From a virus: DNA of 49,338 nucleotides. Each line of letters opens with the position of its first letter. Position 1 is the first letter of the stretch. The position numbers and the translations under genes are program-made. The stretch lies in the IMG/VR virus record IMGVR_UViG_3300045988_118932; one strand, written 5' to 3'. This document shows positions 42,528 through 49,338 of the stretch, one piece after another. Below the pieces are notes generated by a model. The model was not told where the DNA came from. It did no database searches and saw nothing but the letters and a program-made list of their open reading frames with translations.

Positions 42528-42728
42528 TTACCCCTCTTTCTTTGTCCGGTTCAATAAATAACGTCCGTCTCGCTCGATAATCAGATCACCTGTGACTTGG
42601 TGTAGAATATCCTTTTGCATTAATAATAGATTTCTATATGGAATACGATACACTATCTCATTATAAGTTAGCTTTAAAGTTTCCATGAATGTGGCAATTT
42701 GCCCTATCATTGTTTCATTGCCTATCAC
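42528..42728 (-). CDS. Tail assembly chaperone T-segment (expressed as a G-T fusion by -1 frameshift)
   Basis: It is open in the -1 frame relative to ORF 42725..43108 and overlaps its stop (CCA AAG TGA against A GTG ATA). There is no independent RBS or ATG. Confidence 0.5.
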   Translation of the reverse strand: MIGNETMIGQIATFMETLKLTYNEIVYRIPYRNLLLMQKDILHQVTGDLIIERDGRYLLNRTKKEG

Positions 42729-43108
42729 TTTGGTATCGCCGCCATTCTTGCCACGCTCTCGGCTAAGGCGGCACAGACGAAAAAATCCTCTGCGGAGATT
42801 AGATTTATAACCGTTTCAAGTGCTTCTTTCAATTCCTTCATTGTCGCATCTTGAATCTCCGTATATTTATCCGGATCGTCAAAAATGAAAACAGACAATC
42901 CCTTTAGCAGATTCTCCAAATCTTCTTTTGCTTTACTCAGTTCTTCTTTACCTGTTGTGGTGCGATCTATACAAGACAGATATTTTATTGATTTACATAT
43001 AACAGCTATTGTAGGAGACTGAATGGTATATGCTTTACTTCCCAAAATGACGACTTTGAGGTCATCGCCTAAAATAGCGTTAGCGACTAAATTTGCTGCT
43101 TTGTTCAT
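42725..43108 (-). CDS. Tail assembly chaperone (gpG-like)
   Basis: 127 aa, acidic, between the major tail protein and the tape measure. Confidence 0.6.
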   Translation of the reverse strand: MNKAANLVANAILGDDLKVVILGSKAYTIQSPTIAVICKSIKYLSCIDRTTTGKEELSKAKEDLENLLKGLSVFIFDDPDKYTEIQDATMKELKEALETVINLISAEDFFVCAALAESVARMAAIPK

Positions 43109-43128
43109 TGGATATTCATATTAAGCAA

Positions 43129-43165
43129 GAAAGGGACGGGCAGAATGTATCCGCCTGCCCCTTTC
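43129..43165. terminator. GC-rich stem-loop after the major tail gene (attenuator/terminator candidate)
   Basis: GAAAGGG-AC-GGGCAG ... CTGCCC-CTTTC; the U-tract is weak. Confidence 0.4.
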
Positions 43166-43188
43166 TGTTGTGATTCATTAATGGTACT

Positions 43189-43725
43189 TTAAATTCCCTT
43201 TAAAGTCTTGCCTTCAACATCAAACTGATATTCGGATGCAATGGTAGTTGAAACCTTCAAAGGAATGGCTGAAATAGCTAAACCAACGGCTCCATCGGTA
43301 GACGCTCCGCGCCCGATAACATTTGCTTTAGGGAAAATAATCGCTACATTATCATTAGATACAGCAACAACGCATTTATAACGCTGTTCCCCTGAGTTTC
43401 CTCTTTCCCAGCCTTTACTATCATCTAAAGGTTTACCACCCATCAATTCCGCCTTAGTGTCAAAGTCATAGGCGCCAATCGTCCAGTTTAGACTTACTGA
43501 TCCTGCTTCAAAAGATGATCGGTATGTCTGTCCGGTCAATTCGTCCTTATACTCTGTTGTTGTACCGTCCTCTTCGGTAAACTCATATGTACCTTGATGT
43601 ACATTGGGAACTTCTTTGAAAGAAGTGAACAATGATTCAAGTGTTGCATAAGTTGGAGCTGCTTCTAATGGCTCTCCATAAAGAATTTGCTTTACTCCAA
43701 TCACGGATACTGTTCTTCCTGCCAT
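43189..43725 (-). CDS. Major tail protein (178 aa)
   Basis: Position upstream of the chaperones and size. No sheath gene is present, which indicates siphovirus morphology. Confidence 0.65.
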   Translation of the reverse strand: MAGRTVSVIGVKQILYGEPLEAAPTYATLESLFTSFKEVPNVHQGTYEFTEEDGTTTEYKDELTGQTYRSSFEAGSVSLNWTIGAYDFDTKAELMGGKPLDDSKGWERGNSGEQRYKCVVAVSNDNVAIIFPKANVIGRGASTDGAVGLAISAIPLKVSTTIASEYQFDVEGKTLKGI

Positions 43726-43729
43726 ATTC

Positions 43730-44128
43730 TTATTCTTTTACATTTAATACTTGAAATAATATTCTCACATTTACATAGAAACATTTTAAATCCCTGTTTT
43801 CTTCTATCCTTGTCGTATCGACCTCGTATGTATAAGATGTACCGTCGTAAGTAGAAGTGGAATGTAATTCCTTGACAGCCAACCTTTCTAAAGCATTAAG
43901 TCTTGTAAGAGGAGCTGTTCCTTTACGATCAAGATAAGGAATACAGATATTCACATGAACAAATCCTGCTTTCCAATAGGTGCCCGGCTCTACCGAATTA
44001 ACGATAATAACAACCCGCTCGGACTTCACGTCTCCTTCGGGAACCGCTCCGTCTTTATACACCTTCTTGATTCCCAGTTTTTGGGCATCTTTATAAAGTA
44101 TAGTCTGTATGTCTGTTGTAACTATCAT
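43730..44128 (-). CDS. Tail terminator / tail completion protein
   Basis: Position between the gp10-like gene and the major tail gene. Confidence 0.5.
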   Translation of the reverse strand: MIVTTDIQTILYKDAQKLGIKKVYKDGAVPEGDVKSERVVIIVNSVEPGTYWKAGFVHVNICIPYLDRKGTAPLTRLNALERLAVKELHSTSTYDGTSYTYEVDTTRIEENRDLKCFYVNVRILFQVLNVKE

Positions 44129-44613
44129 TGCAGCATTGTCCTTACTGTTATCTCTGCATCATCAATCACACGTAATCCCTTGCTATTGACAAAACTTGCA
44201 TAATCCATACCGGCAACGACAATAAGTGTGAAACCTTTCGATTTACAGGCAAGGCTTCTCGCATATTCAAGACCTTGTCGGCTTCCATCACTACCATCGC
44301 CGGACTTACCTCGCGCCCAAAACTGGACTGTTTTCTGCGCTTTGGTGGTGAAATATACCTTTTCGTAGTTTTCTCCACGTCCCTGAACCTGCTTAAATCC
44401 TCCCTCTTTGATTATCTTTCCATCCTGAGCCACCACATAGCCTAGCGAACTGCGTAGATTTCCCGTAATATTGTTATATTTTCCTTCTCTAACAGCCGTT
44501 TCATAAGCCCTTTCCCCCATCTCTACAAGATGAGCGAATACTTCGCTAAAAACTTCTTCAAAGAAGTTATCAACATCTGAAAAATCATATTTAGCAGTAA
44601 TTATTCCAGCCAT
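44125..44613 (-). CDS. HK97 gp10-like neck protein
   Basis: ITGNLRSSLGY motif and position. Confidence 0.6.
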   Translation of the reverse strand: MAGIITAKYDFSDVDNFFEEVFSEVFAHLVEMGERAYETAVREGKYNNITGNLRSSLGYVVAQDGKIIKEGGFKQVQGRGENYEKVYFTTKAQKTVQFWARGKSGDGSDGSRQGLEYARSLACKSKGFTLIVVAGMDYASFVNSKGLRVIDDAEITVRTMLQ

Positions 44614-44933
44614 ATTTGCCCATAGTTTAGATAATCCGTTGTCATAGGATTGATTACTATCCCCTCACCACGAAGAGAACCGTCAGCATTCAAAACACGA
44701 ACGACATCTCCGGCATTAATTTTTACCTTTTCTGTCACAACACGATATTTGTAAGGGTAAGTAACACCATTAACTGTATAGGCACGGTCAGCACTCTGAT
44801 CGTAACATTTACACTTACAAACTCGCTCCCAACTATCTCCGTCTGTACCCGGAATAGGATTGCCGTCTTCATCGTATTCGTATTCTTTTACGACTTTTTT
44901 TTCTAATATGTGAGGTGCATAATACATTACCAA
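44601..44933 (-). CDS. Head closure / head-tail adaptor protein
   Basis: 110 aa; position in the connector module. Confidence 0.5.
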   Translation of the reverse strand: MVMYYAPHILEKKVVKEYEYDEDGNPIPGTDGDSWERVCKCKCYDQSADRAYTVNGVTYPYKYRVVTEKVKINAGDVVRVLNADGSLRGEGIVINPMTTDYLNYGQIWLE

Positions 44934-45253
44934 TACATTGAAGCGTCAGAGATTCTACTTGATAAAACATCCTCTATGCCTAATTGCTTACATAACAATG
45001 AATAATACACTTTGATACCGTCCTTATCCCAAGAAACAGAAAACCCACTCTCATTAACAGATGTAGGACGAGCCAGCAATGATGGAATAAATTCGGCAAT
45101 AGCCTTATTTACTTCATTTATATTATCTTGAGCAATCTCACTTTCAAGTGATATAGAACTATTCAAAGTTATATCCACAAGATCGGCCTCCGACAATTCA
45201 ATGCCGAAGGAACCGATCTTTTGTGTTATGTAATCAGCGACTTTCATTATCAA
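44927..45253 (-). CDS. Head-tail connector protein (gp6-like)
   Basis: 108 aa directly after the capsid gene. Confidence 0.5.
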   Translation of the reverse strand: MIMKVADYITQKIGSFGIELSEADLVDITLNSSISLESEIAQDNINEVNKAIAEFIPSLLARPTSVNESGFSVSWDKDGIKVYYSLLCKQLGIEDVLSSRISDASMYW

Positions 45254-46362
45254 TCAGGTTCTGTGTTCAACGACGCAATACCATTGATCTCCGTGATCAC
45301 AGGCAAAGCAAATGTTTCAGCCTTTACAAACTCAACACCATTCGAGTTCTGAGTTTCACCTACTCCCCATTGAGCTACACGAATGCGACCATAGTTGGAA
45401 TAAGTAACGCCGGGTTCAGGCCTTAATTCGTTATTGACATAGGCATTTTTGATTGTCCCCAAACTGCCGGAAGGAATAAAGACAAGGTTCTTTGCATTCC
45501 ACGGATTGTAAGGGGTGAATGTACCATTGTTCTGAATCAAACACTGACGTCTAACCGGTTCCAAGACCGGCAATTCATTAGATCTCATAAATTCGTTGAG
45601 ATCATTCAGCAGCAATGGGCTATTCTGCTTATCTGTTCCGAAAATTACCTGCTTAATCTTCTTGTTTCTAAGAATATAAGAAATTTTAGAAGGAGCAAGC
45701 AAGATGCGATCAAATACAACCTTATCAGAGAAAGCATCTACGATGGCCTGAATATCTGCGAATACGTCTACATTAGCAATGTTATCATCATTCCATTTCA
45801 GAGTAACATTACCTTTATTTTCGGCAGGCATGTTATAATCGATAGTCGTTTTAACACCACCCTCAGGGTTATTCGTTTCATCCAATGTGGCAATACCTTC
45901 ATTAGATAACGCCCCCATAGCGATGATATCCAGTTTTGCCTGTACGCCTTGTACCAGAGTTCTAACATTGCCCCACATCAGATCAATAAGCTGTCTTTTT
46001 GCGACTTCTTCCGGAATTGATTTGCTGTCCAGAATTTCCAGAATCTTTCTGTAATCATCAATGGCCAAAGGCTGCGTAATTGCATGGTGAAGCACCTTTT
46101 GAGCAATAGTTTCAAGTCCATGAGTGCCCAATACCGGTTCTTTCGACTTATCGTCAATTGTTGCAGCCGCGATAGTGACATTATACTTGCCCTTAATTTC
46201 TTCAAAGTTTAATCCAATGGAAGGATAGTCCCAATTGAAAAATCTCTCATAGAATACGTTATCAAACAGCATTTTATGCTGTCTTGATACTGCATCAAAA
46301 CGCAATTGAGTTTGCCTTGTGAGCTCTCCAAAAAGAGAACTATACTTTAATCTTTCTGCCAT
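45250..46362 (-). CDS. Major capsid protein (lambda gpE-like family)
   Basis: 370 aa after the scaffold and decoration-like genes; the N-terminal pattern LFGELTRQTQLRFDAV...LFDNVFYERFF resembles Phage_cap_E. Confidence 0.7.
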   Translation of the reverse strand: MAERLKYSSLFGELTRQTQLRFDAVSRQHKMLFDNVFYERFFNWDYPSIGLNFEEIKGKYNVTIAAATIDDKSKEPVLGTHGLETIAQKVLHHAITQPLAIDDYRKILEILDSKSIPEEVAKRQLIDLMWGNVRTLVQGVQAKLDIIAMGALSNEGIATLDETNNPEGGVKTTIDYNMPAENKGNVTLKWNDDNIANVDVFADIQAIVDAFSDKVVFDRILLAPSKISYILRNKKIKQVIFGTDKQNSPLLLNDLNEFMRSNELPVLEPVRRQCLIQNNGTFTPYNPWNAKNLVFIPSGSLGTIKNAYVNNELRPEPGVTYSNYGRIRVAQWGVGETQNSNGVEFVKAETFALPVITEINGIASLNTEPD

Positions 46363-46366
46363 AGTA

Positions 46367-46960
46367 TTACTGTTTTACGTAAATAATATTAGGGTTGTTT
46401 TTCATACAGATACCCTGCATCCATGAAGCGGGTAATTGCACTGTATATCCCAAAAGGACAACTGCGTCATACGCAGCCGAAACAGTGTCTTGATCACCGC
46501 CGGACAAAGGTTCAGTGTCTTCACCAACAACCGCGTTTGGTTCATACTTGGCCACAGAACTACTTGTAGCCGTCGCTTCAATAAGAACATCGTCTGCCGC
46601 AAGCCCCGAAATAGCAGACGACAATGTCAATACATCATAATCTGCATTTGACGTATCAATGGAAGATACCGTAACACCGGTTGTTTCCCCCTCCTTCATT
46701 ACGATATCATTAATCTGAAATAAAGTTCCTTTAGGGACTCTCGGTTTTGTGGTTGTTCCGCCAGATACGACTTTTGCATATTTGGATACAGCCGCAGTAA
46801 GGGTTCCGATAACAATATGTAATGGCGTCCCTTTGGGAATTACTGTCCCTTTTGGGAAAGTCTGCAACAGTTTATATCCTCCAGGGAGGATTTTGGCTTC
46901 TCCACGCCAAAATACCGGCATGTTGCCAGCATAAGATTTACCTTCGAATTTAACTCCCAT
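46367..46960 (-). CDS. Head decoration-like beta-rich protein (197 aa)
   Basis: Position between the scaffold and capsid genes, as for lambda D; no motif-level support. Confidence 0.4.
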   Translation of the reverse strand: MGVKFEGKSYAGNMPVFWRGEAKILPGGYKLLQTFPKGTVIPKGTPLHIVIGTLTAAVSKYAKVVSGGTTTKPRVPKGTLFQINDIVMKEGETTGVTVSSIDTSNADYDVLTLSSAISGLAADDVLIEATATSSSVAKYEPNAVVGEDTEPLSGGDQDTVSAAYDAVVLLGYTVQLPASWMQGICMKNNPNIIYVKQ

Positions 46961-46980
46961 TTGTTTCTATTTTTTAATGG

Positions 46981-47589
46981 TTAATTTGCATCTGGAAGAC
47001 CTTTTGCCCATTCTTCAGCCATTTCTTTAGATTTTTCCTCTGAAGTAGACAGAACGCCAGATGCGTTACTACTCTCAAGCCCTGCGGTAACAATGTTTTG
47101 CTTTACGCCTGCCAAGTAAGAGTTAATTGCAGCCTCATCCATTTCCGGGGTGATGGCAAATCCCTCTTTGGCTCTCCATTCCGGTATACCTAGTTCTTTC
47201 GCCTTAGAAGCGATCATATTAGCCCTTACAGCCTGCTGTTCCTTTGCTTTATAAGCATTGAGTTCTTCCTGTATAGGAGATAGTTTTGCCGCAAGCGCTT
47301 CTTCAATCATCTTCTGTAAGTCAGGTTCGTTTTTTTTCTGCTCGCCCCCACCAGCAGATTCTTCTTTCTTTTCCCCTTTCGCTTTATTGACAGCATCAGT
47401 TACCCGCTTATCAATACCACTCTGAAGAGAAGACAAGAATGTTTTTTGACCATCAACAACGGCCTGTAGATTTTCATCAGTTACAAAGCCTGTATTAGCA
47501 AGAGCTTCGGCCTGTCCCTTCAAGATTTCATCGCTTAACCCAAGATTTGAATAATTCTGTTTTAAGGAGTTGAAAATTTTATCTTTCAT
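46981..47589 (-). CDS. Scaffolding protein
   Basis: 202 aa, helical and charged (KAKEQQAVRANMIASKAKELG), upstream of the capsid genes. Confidence 0.6.
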   Translation of the reverse strand: MKDKIFNSLKQNYSNLGLSDEILKGQAEALANTGFVTDENLQAVVDGQKTFLSSLQSGIDKRVTDAVNKAKGEKKEESAGGGEQKKNEPDLQKMIEEALAAKLSPIQEELNAYKAKEQQAVRANMIASKAKELGIPEWRAKEGFAITPEMDEAAINSYLAGVKQNIVTAGLESSNASGVLSTSEEKSKEMAEEWAKGLPDAN

Positions 47590-47661
47590 GTTTGATCGTT
47601 TTTAATTCAGCATAAAAGTATTAAGTAGCTAATTGGGAGAGAAATATTTAACTTAATGAAA

Positions 47662-47685
47662 TACGACAATAGATTCATTGTCGTA
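47662..47685. promoter_or_regulatory. Palindrome TACGACAAT-N6-ATTGTCGTA, copy 3 of 3
   Basis: Perfect 9-bp arms between the strong terminator at 47700-47777 and the scaffold gene. Confidence 0.6.
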
Positions 47686-47699
47686 AAATTGTGCCACTT

Positions 47700-47777
47700 T
47701 ATAACAAAAAACAATACCATATAAATAATAATCCCTGTAAGAAGAATAGGATTGTGTCTTCTTGCAGGGATTATTAT
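47700..47777 (-). terminator. Long-stem intrinsic terminator after the accessory lectin block
   Basis: ATAATAATCCCTGCAAGAAGA ... TCTTCTTACAGGGATTATTAT (21-bp stem, 1 mismatch) followed on the minus strand by TTATATGGTATTGTTTTTTGTT. Confidence 0.75.
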
Positions 47778-47798
47778 ACTCCAACCGACTGTTGCTTG

Positions 47799-48464
47799 TC
47801 ACTGCTTGATCGGCTGCGCATGCGCCGGCACATCCTTTAAATCGTACGGTCCCGGTGTCATAGCCTGTATGCAGAGGTACAATACTCCGTCCTGCGTGTA
47901 GTACTTGTTAAATTCAAGTGCCATATTTTGCTTATATGGAATAGGATCTTCTATCGTGCCGGAATGTTCTTCTGCGTCTACTATTTTCCACAGGCTTAGG
48001 GTAGCTGTGCTAGGCTTCCAGTTCTCTTGTGTGAGATGATCTTTAACACATTCCCAAAGGACATCTTCAACTCGGTATCGTTCACCGGTTTTGACGTTTA
48101 TTCCGGTTTTCCATTCGGGGTATCGATCTTTGACCTGTAAGGCTTCCGACGGGGAAAGGTCATATGTATTTATCTCTTCTGTAGCCTCCTTGTCCAGTTC
48201 GTCCAAAGCCAATAATCTGCTGAACTGCCTATTGATTACGGGTTGTTCTCCTTCTGGATAAGTCCATTCTTCACTATTCAGTAGTTCGACAAAAGACGGA
48301 TCGCTAAAACTATAGCGAGGAAAATCTTCATCATCGAAGGGTGCAAGGTATTCCTCATGAAGGATCACCTTACTCTGGTCTACACTTGTCCTCATTTCCG
48401 GGAGGACTTCTATTCCGTGGGACTTGCACCACACGATGTCTACAATTGCGTATTTCATATCCAA
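47799..48464 (-). CDS. Protein with a CBM5/12-like aromatic module shared with ORF 29372..30403
   Basis: YPEWKTGINVKTGERYRVEDVLWECVKDH...NWKPS...SLWKIV resembles carbohydrate-binding module 5/12, and the C-terminal ~100 aa are paralogous to the fibre-region protein. Confidence 0.45.
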   Translation of the reverse strand: MDMKYAIVDIVWCKSHGIEVLPEMRTSVDQSKVILHEEYLAPFDDEDFPRYSFSDPSFVELLNSEEWTYPEGEQPVINRQFSRLLALDELDKEATEEINTYDLSPSEALQVKDRYPEWKTGINVKTGERYRVEDVLWECVKDHLTQENWKPSTATLSLWKIVDAEEHSGTIEDPIPYKQNMALEFNKYYTQDGVLYLCIQAMTPGPYDLKDVPAHAQPIKQ

Positions 48465-48476
48465 TTATTTTTAATG

Positions 48477-49338
48477 TTACTTTGCTTTTAGGGTTTGGAG
48501 GTAGTTGTAGGCTTTGATACAGTCGTCTTTGGAAAGGATTCTTGGATAAATTGCAAGGTTCTTAAAAGCTATTCGATCAAACCTACCACCACTACTCGAT
48601 ACCTCCAATGTACCACCAGAACCAACTACATTACCTGTATTTGCCAGTATTTCATTCCAATTACGATCATAGGCCCTACCATCTGAACATGCAGCATTAA
48701 TACTTTTAATTCCGTCAAGACTATTTTTTACTGATCCTGAATTAATATAAAGATCAAGTCCAATCATTGTGTTGTAGATATAAAAACTAGACCCTTTTAC
48801 TAAACCAGTACCACTCTTTTTATTATCAATAAACTTCCAATCCCCAACAATCGTAAAATCCTTACCCATTCCAAAAACTGACGAAACTATCTTATCATCC
48901 ACCCCATCAGTAACCAGATATCCTTCGTATTCGGGGATTTGCTCAATGGTGACAACATGATCAGGATCAAAATCTTCTGCAAATTCTACAAGCAATTGTC
49001 TAATTTGAGATGCGGGTTTATTTAACATGTGTATCCCATCTGTTGTTATATCTATGTATCCTGTTGTACCAATCCACCCCCATTTAAATTTTACACCATC
49101 CTTTAATCCTGTTACTTTGACTTTTATATCATAGCTTAAATCATTTTGTTTTGGTGCAATTATTAAATTGTGATCCCCTAATGCAAACTTTGAAAAAGAC
49201 AAACTATATTTAGACGAATGCTGAACTGATAGATATAATTCAAATGGAGTTTTATACAACCCATACCCACTCCCTTCTGCAAACCCAAAATTCGACAGCA
49301 CAAGATTATTACCATTGCCTGTAATATTGGCAATAGTA
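48477..49338 (-). CDS. Double LamG-like protein, C-terminal part (second lectin domain), continuous with 1..1200
   Basis: The frame stays open upstream of the track start (GTG 49301) to the window end. Domain 2 motifs are NFGFAEGSGYG, IPEYEGYLVTDGVDDKIV and ILSKDDCIKAYNYL. Confidence 0.7.
   Translation of the reverse strand, partial: TIANITGNGNNLVLSNFGFAEGSGYGLYKTPFELYLSVQHSSKYSLSFSKFALGDHNLIIAPKQNDLSYDIKVKVTGLKDGVKFKWGWIGTTGYIDITTDGIHMLNKPASQIRQLLVEFAEDFDPDHVVTIEQIPEYEGYLVTDGVDDKIVSSVFGMGKDFTIVGDWKFIDNKKSGTGLVKGSSFYIYNTMIGLDLYINSGSVKNSLDGIKSINAACSDGRAYDRNWNEILANTGNVVGSGGTLEVSSSGGRFDRIAFKNLAIYPRILSKDDCIKAYNYLQTLKAK
49254..49338. repeat. Terminal overlap identical to 1..85
   Basis: See feature 1..85. 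Confidence 0.9.

Noticed and set aside
1-49338. Genome-wide stop-codon reassignment (TGA or TAG recoding), as seen in some gut phages
   Set aside because: All long late genes (1286 aa, 1366 aa, 622 aa and others) are uninterrupted under the standard code. Only one local in-frame TGA case (17210) is noted, as a low-interest finding.

Overview
The window is a complete, circularly closed genome. The first 85 nt equal the last 85 nt, giving a unique length of 49,253 bp. It is a temperate siphovirus-type tailed phage whose host is almost certainly in Bacteroidota. Evidence for the host: repeated TAnnTTTG -7 promoter boxes, a Bacteroides-style integrase with an arm-binding N-terminus next to a tRNA-derived attP, and DUF4373/DUF4494-type early genes.

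Layout:
- A ~27-kb minus-strand late block wraps the contig junction. In order it carries an HTH-like gene, terS, terL, portal, three accessory lectin-like genes, scaffold, decoration-like protein, capsid, connectors, tail tube, G/GT chaperone, tape measure, Dit/Tal, collagen-like and glycine-rich fibres, and a lysis cassette.
- An accessory/lysogeny corner sits at 5.3-10 kb. It holds an HTH-TM-DUF4325 module, a decayed integrase, attP and a CI/Cro switch.
- A plus-strand early block spans 10-27 kb. It holds RecT/YqaJ, a DUF1351-like gene, HNH, VRR-NUC, an initiator with internal iterons plus a loader, and a PAPS-reductase-like gene.

No CRISPR array, reverse transcriptase/DGR or canonical full tRNA was found.

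The least explained content is non-coding:
1. Four tRNA-like folds sit in unusually long early-region spacers. All have a T-arm and partial acceptor; none has a canonical anticodon loop.
2. A hairpin occurs twice with a covarying stem and an invariant 15-nt CGTCCGTGAGGATAT core.
3. A ~190-nt leader has three-way alternative pairing over a start codon.
4. Two paralogous sRNA-like loci lie at the borders of the late block.
5. A palindrome, ACGACAA-N8-TTGTCGT, is present three times in late intergenic gaps.

Also notable are a 2.2-kb AT-rich cassette flanked by 20-bp direct repeats (second tyrosine recombinase, truncated N6-methylase-like protein, degenerate HNH-like protein), an orphan trypco2-like gene and a u-spanin-like lysis gene.

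All protein family calls come from motif recognition by eye, not from searches.
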